A stretch of 63,738 bases of DNA, the filler included, from Hyphochytrium catenoides (taxonomy: Eukaryota; Protista; Hyphochytriomycota), in NCBI GenBank assembly GCA_900088475.1. It is 5 parts of 5 records of this genome, joined end to end, with 100 filler letters (N's around TTAATTAATTAA, not from the genome) between each part and the next. Parts side by side here need not be neighbours in the genome. Positions count along the whole stretch, not along the records: positions 1 to 24,297 come from FLMG01004389.1; 4 more parts are not named here. The stretch is one strand, 5' to 3'. The notes beneath the pieces were generated by a model, which was not told where the DNA came from, searched no databases, and saw nothing but the letters and a program-made list of their open reading frames with translations. Both the position numbers and the translations under genes were made by a program. Below, piece after piece: positions 12,181-24,297 of the stretch; the first letter of the stretch is position 1; every line of letters starts with the position of its first letter.

Positions 12181-12236
12181 CTTACCATTGACCTGCATGC
12201 TCTCTCACGCTCATCCTGGTGAGCAGAAGGAAAAGG

Positions 12237-12440
12237 TTGGAGTGAAAGATTGTTGAGTAACTGTTCAGGTCCAACTTCAGCCGAAGGAGCCTCTATAGCA
12301 GGTGAAAGAGCGATGAAGCTCTTGGAAGAAGGTTATCGCAGCAGGGGATGACAGCAGGGAATGACCATAGCTCTCCCAAGAAGAGCTTCATTGCTGAAGT
12401 TGGACCTAAACGGTTAGTCATCAACGATCTTTGACTCCAA
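12237..12440. repeat. Imperfect inverted repeat (about 200-bp hairpin)
   Basis: TTGGAGTGAAAGATTGTTGAGTAACTGTTCAGGTCCAACTTCAGC pairs with GCTGAAGTTGGACCTAAACGGTTAGTCATCAACGATCTTTGACTCCAA, with an inner pair ATGAAGCTCTT/AAGAGCTTCAT. Confidence 0.8.
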
Positions 12441-13135
12441 GGTGGCTCAACAAGCGAGGATATTAGAGTATAAACTAACAGATCAACACAACGCCTTTCC
12501 ACAAAGAGCTCCCTCCGCTCGCGACTGCCAGGCCTTGAATCTCCGACCTTGTTACCTTGTGCCGTCGATAAGAAGTCAGGACAACAGGGGCTTCCGCTTC
12601 TCTTTTGTTGAGATCTCCACCAGCTAGGCAAGGGCGATATTAGGTCTCACTGAGGAGGGCTTAAGTGGCGATTGAGGGCTTCTTCCTGGTGATGACATAT
12701 GGACAAAGGTGTGATCTATCTAGCCTTCCATAGTTCATTCGCTTATAATCTGAGGTGGGGCTAATAACGAAGCGACGGAGGGAGAGAGAAGCCGTTGCGT
12801 TGCTGATTGCTCTAATTGAAGAAGGGAGAACTCTGAGAATGAGGACGCGCCTAGCGTGGGAGCCAGACGAATCTGAAGAGATGATAGTGAGAGACAGAGA
12901 AGGCTCGCTGCTCCATGAGAGATATCTGTCGTGCTCTACATTGACAAATTTTTCATCGTGGACGTAGTATCTGAAGGCAGGGAAGCAGAATGACTGAATC
13001 TTCTAAACACTAATAAATAAACTTCGAGAGGAGAGAATGAGAGAGAGGCCATGCCAAAGAAGAGAGAGAACAAAGAGAGAGAGAGAGAGACGCCCACGAG
13101 TCCGATCTAGGTCATGGCTGTCACTCGCCTGCTCC

Positions 13136-14365
13136 TTAGATATACGTCCTGTCAGAGGTCGCAAAGTATAGCAAGGTGCCCAACCCCCAGTGCTTCTCAT
13201 AGTCCTCATATCCATTCTGAGACAGTAACAACTGCCGAGTCTTGGGCATGATCTCGCTGCAATCCGCAGCGCCTCTCATTCCTCCTCCAGCATCTCTTTG
13301 CTTAGCGCACTGCCTATAGACATAGTGATGATAGACCAGCCACCAGTTAGCAGGGATATACTTGTCGCTCCAGAGCAACGTCTTTCCCTGCACTGCAGCG
13401 GGTCTCTCTCCCAGAAGGATGGAAGCATGGAGTTCAAAGGCATTCTTAAGGCNNNNNNNNNNNNNNNNNNNNNNNNNNNNNNNNNNNNNNNNNNNNNNNN
13501 NNNNATGATGGTCTCAAACGCCAGTCCACTCTCATCAGTCAGCATCCTGTGTGCCACTTGCCTTGCATTCCTGACGCTGCTGTCAAACATCGCCTTGTCT
13601 TCAGTAAAGATTGCATACTGCAGATGCGCATACGTGATGGTGCTGCCCCAGTTTGTTGCTCTCATCGCTTCGTCCACGAGACCGTCAGGACCTATGCGAG
13701 CGGCAATTGTAGGGAGGAGTATGCTCTGTACAAAGCTCTTGAAGCGATCTTCCACGCCTGAAGCAGTCCATCCCTGACTGTATTTGTGCTTGAGAAGCTC
13801 GGCTGCCATCGAGAAAGAGGAAAGCGCCCACGCAGCCTCTAGCGGACCATTCTCTGCTTTCTTCCCAAAGATCTTGCAAGTTGTGGCCCATGCATCGATT
13901 AGCTGGATGCCTTTGTCCGCATACTTGGTCTCCTTCGTGAGCAGATAAGCGATGGTATGCTTAAAGGCTCTCTCTGCGTCCCCAGTAAAGTTTTCATGAC
14001 CAGCGACGACTCTCTGCGCAACCAGAGCGTCTGTCTCTATCTTTCTCTGCCACTGGTACTGACGTCTCTGTGAAGGTATGTTCTCCTTGTCCTTGAGCGT
14101 AGGGTTGAAGAAGGACTTCTCGCAGTGCTTGCGGCGGTTGGCCCAGATCTGCGCTAACAAAGTTCAAGAGTTGCTGGTACGCGTTCTGCGTCTGAGGATT
14201 GGACAGCGGCTTTAGGTTCATCAGTTTCTCGGTTAGCTGGGGACCGAGAATGGTTCCAGGATGCTGAAAGAACGCTGCAGCGGGTGTAGGGGCAAAGCTG
14301 CTTGATAGACATACCAGGAGAAGAAGGAGGACTGCTTTGAAAGGAGGAAAGAGAGAAGGAGACAT
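13136..14365 (-). CDS. Secreted alginate-lyase-like (PF05426-type alpha/alpha toroid) protein, copy 1; frameshifted and gapped
   Basis: Signal peptide, FQHPG, FTGDAERAFKHTIAY, NGPLEAAW, AAELLK, NWGSTI, HYVYR, WGLGTL. Colinear with the 17862-19268 paralog. Frameshift at about 14115 (REV to FFNP) and an N gap at 13453-13504. Confidence 0.75.
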
Positions 14366-17300
14366 GATGATTCAAACAGAGGCGAGGCCTTCGGTACGAG
14401 TACGAGAGGAAGGGGAAAGAAGAACGTCCGAGGGGCAAGAGAGAGAGAAAAAGAGAGAGGGATACCTTGACGAGCCTTATAATGGCAAGTGTCTTAGAGT
14501 GGAGGTCAATAGGAGAGACAAGATTTGAGCTTTGAGAGAGGGCGGTGGCTGAGGAGCCACTAGCATCTGCTAAGTGGCAGGAAGTTTATAGAGTGAGGTC
14601 CTCGTCTGGCCAGCAAGAGAGGCGCGAGCAGCATGGCAACCCTGCTGCTCTCTCTCCTTACGTCGCTCTTCCCTTGGCACCTTCCCAGTCATCATGTCTC
14701 TCCGTCTCTTCCTCTCTCTTTCTCTCTCTCTTTCTCCTTCTCTCTCACTTTCTTTTTCTGGCTGTGCCATCAGATCTTTCTTACGACGTCACTTTAAGGG
14801 CCCATCATCTTTTTTCTGCCTCCGCCTTGTTTGCTCCGTAGAAAGTCACAAGGCTTCTTCATCGTTTCCTCTCCCATTCTCCCTCTTCTCTCTCTCTCTC
14901 TCTCTCTGTTGCTTTACCAGTCTTTTCGCGTCCCCTCTCTCTCTCAGTTTCTCTCGTCCGTTTCCCCTCTCTCTTGCTCTCTCCTCTTTCTTCATCAGGA
15001 CATTTTGCCTGGCCAGAACTTTTGGCAGCAGCGCCCGTTCAGTGGTAGAATCATGAGTGTCGAGAGAATAGATCTTCCTAATGGATCTCCTCCAGTCTTC
15101 TACTTTCGCCTGTAGTGCGTGTCCCCTCTTCCTCTTTCTTGTCTGGAAGAAAAGAAGACCTTTCACTACCTTGGTACGGAGGTCAGAAGAAGATAAAGCT
15201 CAAGAAGCGTGAGCATGAGAGAGGCGGTAGTCACAGCCTTCGTGGACGTACGCCCCAAGAAGCAGGATAGAGAGCGTGCAGCAAGAAAGAAACGGAAAAG
15301 AAGGAGAGGAGAGAGTAAGAATAAAAGGGAAGCGAGAGCGAGAGAGAGAGTAAAGGAGGAAATGGAGAAACGAAGACTAATAAGAGGGTTTTAGCTCTCT
15401 GTTAGCCATCGTACGAAAGTCACAAAGAGGTTCTGTCACCAGGTCGAATGACCATCGCCAAATTTGCATCCTTGATGTCATTGTCTCTCTCGGTCTTCGG
15501 TCGCTCTCTCTCTCCCTTAATGCGCCCACTCTGTCTCTCTTTTTGTCGTATCACACACGTGTCTCCTACTCTCCCGCCACACGCTCTCTCTTTCTGTCGT
15601 GTTATTACCTTTACCTTTTCTTCATCCCGCAGCCTCTCTCTTTCTCTTGCCTTTGCCCTCTTTCTTCCAGCCATCTTCTCGCTGTTCTCTCGACATCTTG
15701 CTTTCTCTCACTTTCTCTCTCCTTATCATCTCTCTATTTTCTCTCATCTCTTTCTCTCTTTCGCTCTCGGTCCCTCTGGCTCTTTTTCTTTCTCTCTCTC
15801 TTTCTCTCTCTTTTTTCTCTCGTACTCCTCTCTTGCAGTCTCTCTCAGGCGGCTCCACTCCCACTCAGGTCTCCAGCATAATAAGGCGGAGAGGTTCTTG
15901 GCTCTCTTCAGCGCCAATAAAACTGAGAGACTGACATCTTTCGTTCTTTGCTTCTTGTTGAGAAGAACCTGTGCGGCCTAAGATGACTCGCGGCCGAAGC
16001 CGGAGGTAAAATCCTCTCTCTTCTTTCCTTTAAAGCCTCTTAGAGCCGGTAACGCTCACGACACGAGATCTAACACCATAGGCTTTAGCCAATTAACAAT
16101 AACCCTATTGCAACCGCTAAGCAGGCTCGTTGACTTAGTGTGCTGACCGTTAGAGGCTATTATAGACTAGTTGTTCTCCACAATGTGTTTACCGTTCTAC
16201 TGGCCTGTAAAACGGTAGTTCGGCCATGTCTGTCTTTTAGAAGGTTGGAGGCGCGCGCTGAGGAAGAAGCCTGCAAGTTCTGGACGACCTGGTACTGGGT
16301 GGCATGGGACATCATAGGCACGGATCCCTATTGTTTCTTAGCTTTTAGCAGCCAGCGGCAGCAGCAAGGGCTGTTGACAGTGAAAGAGAGAGGAGAAAAA
16401 CAGCTACGAGGATGGGCCTAAGATAGTTCTATTCTGCCCTAGGGAGTATAGAGAATCGATTAACCTGCAAGGTAGGGGCGTCAGCCCGATAGGAAGTCCA
16501 GATCTTTCGGGCTCGCTTTCTCTCTATCTTTATTTACCTCGTTTCTTCAACTCTTCTATCCCCACTTCTCCGGCTCTCTTTCCTCTGAGTTTATTTGTCT
16601 CCCAATTCTATCGTTCTCTTTGCTTTCCCTCTGCGCGGTCCTTCAACTCCTAGTTCTAAAGAGCGTTATCCCTCTGTTCTATTCTTTGACTCTCGTGGCG
16701 TCGTCTCTGACAACGTTAGCAACAGCGCGGCCCGCCTTTCATGAAACTTTGAATCCATGCCAGCTGCAGGAGATGAAGAAGAACAACCACCATCTGATAT
16801 TCTTTCCACCGTGGTAAAGAAGGATCCCTTCTGTTTGTTGGGAGCAATTTTAAAGAGAGCAACCGAGAGACAACCATCGAGACGAACCGTTCGCCTTCAG
16901 TTTCACGACAGGAGAGAAGAAGGGACAACCGGTCCCCTGCTGCTAGATTCAGAGGTCATCGTCACTGACTTTGCGCAACCAAGGACGACGTTTAAGAGGA
17001 GAAAGAACGTGGAAAGGAAGAAGACGAGACAAGAGAGAAGCGAAAGAGACAAACATCCGAGTTTGCTTTTATCAAACTAAACAGCTTCAGTGTAAGGAGT
17101 TCGAGTATGGAGGTTTCTCCTTACATTCAGTTCCTCATCTCTTATTAATATTTAACAAACGCCACGACTGAAGAAGAGAGTAGAGTCTAAGAGCTAGAAC
17201 TAGGCGAACACTTCAATAAGAGCTGGCAGGTCGCTTAGGGAAAGGACGTTCAGTTCAAAGACTCGTCAGCCGCAGATAGACTGGCACCGCTATTACCCAT

Positions 17301-17861
17301 ATTAGATGCTAAGTGAGGTTAATGAATCGCCTGTTTTTGACCTGATGAGGAGCCTATGGCAGCGAGGGGAGAACAGGAAGGAGAGGCGTTCAAGACGGAG
17401 GCTTTGTCCGTGGCGGTCGTGCCTTATTGCCTCCTCTTTGCCGGTTGTCTTCTTCCTCCACCGGAAAAGGCTGCTAATAGGTGGTTATTATAAAGAACTA
17501 GCAGCGAACAAGAGCTTGGGTTAGGCTTTTATGAAGGAGGATGAGAGACAGATACGCCTCATTACTTGCTGAGAAGTGACAAGACTATGTTGACGACTGT
17601 CGAAGAAGTAGAAGGAGAAAACGCCAGCGGTTGCCTAGTAGACAGGAGGTCAGACAGGGATAAGCTAAAGTTCGCCAGCATTGACAGTGATTCGTCTATA
17701 AAGTCTATGATAACGTTAATGATAGAGGCCGCTCTGGGTAACGATGTGTTATCAGAGAAAAGCCGCGCTCGTCTTCCTTCTTTCAGAAGTTTTCCTAGGC
17801 AAACAAAAGTAGTGTACCATCTCTCTTCTCTCTCTCTCTCTCCCTCCTCTCTCTCTCTGTC

Positions 17862-19268
17862 TTAAATAGATGTACGACCAGTCGTAGCAAAGTGCGTCAG
17901 TGTCCCCAAGCCCCAGTGGAAGCTAAAGCTCTCGTATCCTCCCCTACTGATCAGTAGCCGCCTTGCCTGAGGCATAGATGTCCCTGAACTGTCCAGGCTA
18001 CTAGAAGCAGACTCCTGACTGTTCAATGTGGCCCATTCTCTTCGAAGAGCATCATCGCCTTCATAGTTGCTTTCCAGTAGTTTCTCCTCTGATGTGAATG
18101 GTTGCTCTTCCGCGCTGGACAGCTTTCGGGCCAGCTGTTGGTCTTCTTGGCGGTAGACATAGTGATTGTACGCGATCCACCAGTTGCCAGGCAGCCAACG
18201 GACCCATCGGAGCTTCTCATTTTTGATGTCTTCAGGGATCTCTCCCAAGAGAATAGAGGCGTGATATTCATAGGAAGTTCTCAGGATGTTATTATTGGTG
18301 GAGAACAGGTCAATGCCTTGGTGCCAGAGGATCTCACAGATGCCAGCGAGCCCTGCAATGCCAAACTGGCCGTGGATAACATCCCGTTTGACTGTCTCCG
18401 CGCCAAGCCCATTTTCCTTGATAATAATCCGTGGGAAGAGCTGCATGGCGTTGCGGATGCTGAGGTCAAACAGTGTGTTGTTCTGTGTGAAGATAGCGTA
18501 CTGCAGCCTCGCCTGAGTGATCGTGGTGCCCCAGTTCCCCTCAGCAACAAAGCCCGTCAGCAGGCCGTCTGGGCCGTCTCTGTACTCAAACTGCGGCATG
18601 AGGATGGTCTCCACAAAGGTCCTGAACTTGACCTCGACACCTGAGGCGGCCCAGCCCTCATAGTACATATACTTCAGCAGTTCAGCCGTCATTGCCATTG
18701 TCGCTAAGCCCCAGCCCGCCTCTAGCGGCCCATTCTCATCGATTAGTCCCCATTTCTGACATCTCTCTGACCACTGAGTCAGAATATCAATGGCCTTACG
18801 GGCATATTTCTCCTCCTGGGTGATAAGATAAGCGATGGTGTGTTGGTATGAACGCGCAGCATCGCCCGTGAAGTTTGCGTTGCCTCCAATGACGCCCTGC
18901 GCCATCAGCCTTGTCTGGTTGGCCAGTCTTTCTTCCCAGAATTGACGCCTTTCCGGGGTCATTTTTTCCAGCTCGGCAGGCCCAGGGTTGAAAATCACTC
19001 GCACTTCAGGGACGGCTTGGACAGGCATGTCTAGATCGGCATTCACGAAGTCCATCAGTTGCTGCAGCGCATACTGTGTGATGTTTGACGTTGGCTGATA
19101 AAACTTGAGCTTGTTGATTTGCTCTCGGCTCATGAAGGTGCCAGGATGGTTCCAGTTAAAGTATGTGTCAGACCGAACAACTGACCGCACATCATGCAAG
19201 GCACCAGTGAGGGGCAACGCCAAGGTGACGGTGGCGACTGCCCCGAGGGCTAGTAGACTTGCTTTCAT
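17862..19268 (-). CDS. Secreted alginate-lyase-like (PF05426-type) protein, copy 2, intact and intronless
   Basis: 468 aa with signal peptide. Motifs HPG, DAARSY...YARKAIDILTQW, NGPLEAGW, AELL, GNWGT, ETVKRDVIHGQFG, HQGIDLF and HWGLGTLTH are typical of the chondroitin-AC/alginate lyase-fold family in bacteria and fungi. Confidence 0.8.
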   Translation of the reverse strand: MKASLLALGAVATVTLALPLTGALHDVRSVVRSDTYFNWNHPGTFMSREQINKLKFYQPTSNITQYALQQLMDFVNADLDMPVQAVPEVRVIFNPGPAELEKMTPERRQFWEERLANQTRLMAQGVIGGNANFTGDAARSYQHTIAYLITQEEKYARKAIDILTQWSERCQKWGLIDENGPLEAGWGLATMAMTAELLKYMYYEGWAASGVEVKFRTFVETILMPQFEYRDGPDGLLTGFVAEGNWGTTITQARLQYAIFTQNNTLFDLSIRNAMQLFPRIIIKENGLGAETVKRDVIHGQFGIAGLAGICEILWHQGIDLFSTNNNILRTSYEYHASILLGEIPEDIKNEKLRWVRWLPGNWWIAYNHYVYRQEDQQLARKLSSAEEQPFTSEEKLLESNYEGDDALRREWATLNSQESASSSLDSSGTSMPQARRLLISRGGYESFSFHWGLGTLTHFATTGRTSI

Positions 19269-21397
19269 CTCTCCACCTGCAATGAACTACTGGCTAGCGA
19301 TAAATCCTTGCCACTGTTGAGCCTGATGCTATAACCTTCTGTGGAAGGAAGAAGAGAAACCTTTCCCTGGTACCTTTAGGAGCTATAGGAACTCTGATCG
19401 TACCGTAGGCCCAGAAGACGACGGCAAGGAGGCGCCAAGAGTTACTCTTTCCCATCAATCCAAACTTCGGAGAATGAACGCCAGGAAGGTAGGCGAACGA
19501 TGACAGCCGGCAGGCGGGTATATCGCTCCTTAGCAAGGCCTCACCGTCCGTCGTGCTTGTCTCTATTCATCGCCCATCAAAGAGGAGAAAGCAAGAGAAA
19601 AGAAGACGGAGCCGGTTGGCTGAGTAATCTTCTCTCCTCCGTGTTTCCTCCTTCGCTCGCTTCAAACGGCCTCCCTTATACATCCATAAGAAGAGAGGGA
19701 AGATGACGGAGGAACGACGCAGCTGCGCTAAAGCCGTCCACCATGGTCTGAGTGGCTGCTGCTGAAGCTGCTACTAGCGACAAAAGTATCAAGCACATTC
19801 AGGAGAGAGTCGCTCAGGCCCCTAGCAGGTTATTACTAGGAGGCGCACGGCCAATGATAACACGCTTCTCCGTCCTAGCTCTCTCCATCCTGCCAGGAGT
19901 ATGAACGAAGCTAATGACAGCGACTGCACGGCGAAAGACGAAAGAATAGGCTGTTATCCTGCTCACCGTCTGGCTGCCCACGTGACCAGGAGCTTTATCC
20001 CTCCTGCAGCGTGCACCGACTGTTTACTACCAAGCCTGGCTGCAGCTTGTCAGGAAAGGAAGAAGATGAAGATACGACTCTTACTTATTTTCTGTGTGTC
20101 CGTGGGGGTGTACTACCGGTAGGCACGGCTGCCTGGTGTCGATTATTAGTCTCCTCCGGCTTTTATTATGAGGAGAGCAGAGTAGTTCTCCTGGTTCTTG
20201 ATCCACCAGCTCTTTCTGGTACCTTCTCCGTTCACTTCCTTTCCTTGTCTCCCTCTCACTTGATTGAATTTTCTTCGTTCTTCTTCTTGCCCTCTCTTGG
20301 CCATCTGCTCGCTCTGTCTTTCTCTTTTGTTTGTCTCTTCCTCCTCTCACTCTCTGTCTCATTCTCTCTCGCTTACTTTGTCTTTCTCTCTCTTATTTTG
20401 TCTCTCTCTCTTATTATGTCTCTCTCTCCTAATTTGTCTCTCTCTCTCTCTGTTTTATTCTCTTTCTCTCTCTCTCTCTCTGTTTTACTCTCTTTCTCTC
20501 TCTGTTTTACTCTCTTTCTCTCTCTCTCTGTTTTACTCTCTTTCTCTCTCTGTTTTACTCTCTTTCTCCCTCTGGTGTACTCTCTTTTTCTCTCTCTCTC
20601 TCTGTTTTGCTCTCTCTCTCCCTCTCTCTCCTTCCAGGCGTCCTGCTCGATCGTCCCCGACGTTCAGAGCTGAAATCTCGGATTGGCTAGAACTGTCCAA
20701 GTCTAGTTCTAGATCGTATCTCACTCCGAACGTACATAGATCTCACTCTTCCTTCGGCTCCGTTAGAGGTTCGGCCTATGTGTGGCCTCAGAAGTTCTTC
20801 AAACAGTGAAACAGCACCAAGATTAAAGGCCGTCGTTCGCCCCGACACGTGCTGCTTTTCAATGATAAACAATGGCCTAAGATGTTACTACCTAGCACCC
20901 ACGTCAACCGCCGCAGGATCGATGGAAGTAGACCAAGTTATTAGAAGCATAGTTCTACGATGAGGGGTAGCGAATAAGATAAAGACCAGGGACCAATGAA
21001 GAGAACGCTGCCCTAAGGCTTCGAAGTCTGGCGGGCGCCATCGCGGGTAAATTAACGCCACATAGTTCCAGGTTCCAGGCATGAACGAATAAAGAAAGGT
21101 AGTGGCACCTTGACCAGCAGACTCTACGTACGAAGAGAGGACAAGTAGGAGCCTGGGCATGGCATGAAAGGTGGAAGGTAACCAGTGCTTGGCGATGGTA
21201 AGTTCTTCTTAGATGAGTACCATAGCAGATTATATAGCTCATAGAGCATGCACACTGCTGCGCCAGAGGACGTGACGGACTAAGACCTCTCCTACCGACT
21301 GCTTCCGCTCTCTTTACTACGAAAGCTACTTATATTCTGGAGACTAAGATAAGGCCTCAGCCTTATTTTTATAATAGTGTTGCCTATGTGTTATCAG

Positions 21398-21590
21398 CGT
21401 GTGGCTTGACGAAGGGTGTAACAGGCCCGAGCTGAAGCAGCTGCGGGACCTTGTGAAGCTTCTGACTGGCCGGTTTGCGATTGAGATGGGAAGATTCTGG
21501 GACTCTCTCATGCTAATTGGAGATGGCTGGAGCTTCACATTGCGTCAATCAGAAGATCAGAACATGCCAGGGATTGGGAGCTGTCAGAAG
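21398..21590 (+). other. Orphan exon-like segment of an unidentified gene
   Basis: An open frame bounded by CAG and GTAAGG: VWLDEGCNRPELKQLRDLVKLLTGRFAIEMGRFWDSLMLIGDGWSFTLRQ... Confidence 0.3.
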
Positions 21591-22106
21591 GTAAGGAAGG
21601 AGCAGGAGAGGTCAGCCAGGGGAATCAAGGAGTGATGGTCAGATGGGAGAGATCTTCGGGTGTGGAGAAAAGTAGGGGGATTATGTGTGTTAAGCAGTAG
21701 AATAGGATACACGAAGATCTTGTAGGGATGTAAGCAAGAGCAGCAAAGAGACGAGGAGATCAGAGACAGCTCAGAGAGAGAGAGAAGAGAAGCTAGGATA
21801 GATGATAGGAGCATTAGGAAGTAGGAACAAGAAGGCAGTGACAGTCAGTCAGGATTTGGCTCTATCTTTATAATAACGCTAACCACGCTACTTTTTCCGG
21901 CTAAAAGGCCGCTCGTTAGACTTACTGCCTTGAAGCTGCACTGAAGCTCTTCTGAATGTTGCACTGCCAGCTCAGATTAGTCTCTTTGCGAATTCGTTAT
22001 CGGTATCTGTCGGCCGGTATTATCTGAAGCTTATCGTGGCTTCAGAAATCAGTCTGCGGATTCGATCCGGGGTGCAGTCTTGGCTAATCCTGACACTGTC
22101 TCTTTG

Positions 22107-22268
22107 GTAGCTGATCCCGACAATGCTGTTCGTAGTAGTCCCCACCACCAAGGAACTCCCTTCGAATGAGGCCTTCAAGCTCCGCCCAAGTAGTGATCGA
22201 ATCTCTGCGCCAGGCGGTAATAATATCGTGTCGCAAAGATGTCCACCACCACGTTTTAATGCGTTGCG
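22107..22268 (-). mobile_element. Inverted partial duplicate of the gag capsid segment
   Basis: QRIKTWWWTSLRHDIITAWRRDSITTWAELEGLIRREFLGGGDYYEQH is a near copy of 22856-23017 on the opposite strand. Confidence 0.85.
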
Positions 22269-22479
22269 GACGAATTTTGCCGCCCTGCACTTGAAGTGAC
22301 GGTTGGTGGGTAGCAACCAACCTACACTTGAAGTGATGCTTAGTGACTACCTTTCTTTTCTTCTTGTCTAGTCCTTACCCTACTAAGAGAGCTCTGGGTG
22401 GCTGTTTGTACTTTATAGCCCGACGTCAGCTATAAAGAGTTGGGACAGAAGAAGACTGTTAGCGAGAGATAGAGTCGTC

Positions 22480-23600
22480 ATGTCGTCCTTCCGAGAGCGA
22501 GTACCAGAGGTGGATGAGGGAGTATTGTTTGAGCCATGGCAGAGGAAGGAAGAAGAGAGGAAGCTGCTAGAACTGGGAGAGATGATTTTCCCAATGCTGA
22601 GAGCAACGTTTGAGAAGAGAAGACCGAGTGGAGGCGCGGCGCTCCAAATTTCTGAGCAAACAACCGAGGCGACAAGGTTATTGGTGCATCAACGCACTGG
22701 TCCACATGGTCTCTCATTGGAAAGGGGCCGGACATTACGGTATGTAAGAGATTGGTGACAAGAATGGCTTGACAGGATCGATAAGGTTGAGGCGGCGAAC
22801 ACCGATGAGGCTAGGTTATGTAGGTTATACCTTCTTATAACCTTTGCTTTTAAGTCGCAACGCATTAAAACGTGGTGGACATCTTTGCGACACGATATTA
22901 TTACCGCCAGACGCAGAGATCCGATCGCTACTACTTGGGCGGAGCTTGAACGCCTCATTCGAAGGGAGTTCCTTGGTGGGGACTACTACGAACAGCATTA
23001 TTGTCGGGGTCAGCTACGAAGGCTGCAAGCTCAAGGACCAAGAATGCCGCTGCACCGCTATAATACCTCTCAATTCCGTACTCTAGCAACGGAGTTAGCA
23101 TCATACGATGAATCCACCCGCTTGTATGAGTATATGGAGGAATTGCGGGTAGAGACAGCATATCATGTCCGGACCAATCGTCCCACCACTTTAGACGATG
23201 CTGTATTCTTCGCCCAAAGCTTTATAAACCTTGCTAACTCGCTGAGGGGTAGAAGAAGGCAATTTTTCTGGTGGAATCACTAATAACACCAACCCGCGCA
23301 ACACACCGCCAGCAAGAGAGAGAACAGATCAGCGTGATCATTCTAATGGTGGTGGTGCAGGAAATCGTAATGAGGATAGACCGGAGCTCATGGACCTGGA
23401 CCGAATCGGGAATGGCAAGAATTAAGCAAGGTACAGTGCTACCGCTGCCGCGGGTACGGGCATTACGCTCGTGACTGTGCCACGCCTCCCGACCCATCTG
23501 AGGAGCAAAAGGATCTCCGCAAAAAGAATGATAAGAAGGGTGACAAGGGGAACAAAGGCGACAAGAAGGACCCTGTTCAGTGAGCCCTTCTCAGTCAGTT
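22480..23600 (+). mobile_element. Decayed Ty3/Gypsy-type LTR-retrotransposon gag
   Basis: Retrotrans_gag-like KTWW...TTWAELERLIRREF...LRRLQ, then RPTTLDDAV, PELMDLD (PMDLD-like) and the CCHC knuckle CYRCRGYGHYARDC at about 23437. Stops and frameshifts are present; no pol is seen. Confidence 0.8.
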
Positions 23601-24297
23601 GGAGCTGAGAAGAGGCAAGGACCAAGGAAAGAGACATCTCTACCACCTACTACCAGTATCAGTTCAACGAAGCTGGCGAAAATATGTACATTAAGCGGTG
23701 TGAAAGTCTGTTGCTAACGAGTAAAATGGCGTGTTCTCAATCATTTGATATGTCTCAACCATTGAACCATCTCCAAGGGACACTATGACTGGTTCTTTCA
23801 TCACCGGAGGTTTATCCAGACGCTGTCAAATGATTGAGGGGCTTACTCTGGAATGGGACCAAGGACTACGACAACGGGTGGACGTCTGTGTGTTTCCTAT
23901 ACGTTCATATCACGCAATCAATCCGTGGCGCAGTCTTGGCTAATCCTGAGACTGTCTCATCAAAGGGCAGGAAGAGTAAATCAGATGTCAGATGATAGTG
24001 CTCCGCAACCGACTGTGAGACAAGGTAGGTTCTATAGATGATAAGGAAAGACTGGGCTAGAACTCAATGAACAAGGAGGAACTACGGCTCTTATCGCAGG
24101 GGGAGAGGCGGAGAGAGAAAAAAGAGAGAGAGAGAAAGAGAGAGAGAGAGGAGTCACGCAACCAACTGTTGGTGGTACTTGCATCTTCATCTATTAGTAC
24201 CAAGAAAAATTAGCGACGGAATAACCTTGTAGAACGACTAGTCATCACATCCTGTTCTCTCTCTCTTTCAAAGTTTATAAAAAAATGATGGGCAGTT

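Noticed and set aside
13276-13452. Second frameshift near the C-terminus of lyase copy 1
   Set aside because: The frame change falls across an N gap of estimated length.
16757-17865. Short + strand ORFs between the lyase paralogs
   Set aside because: No recognisable motifs or consistent exon chain.
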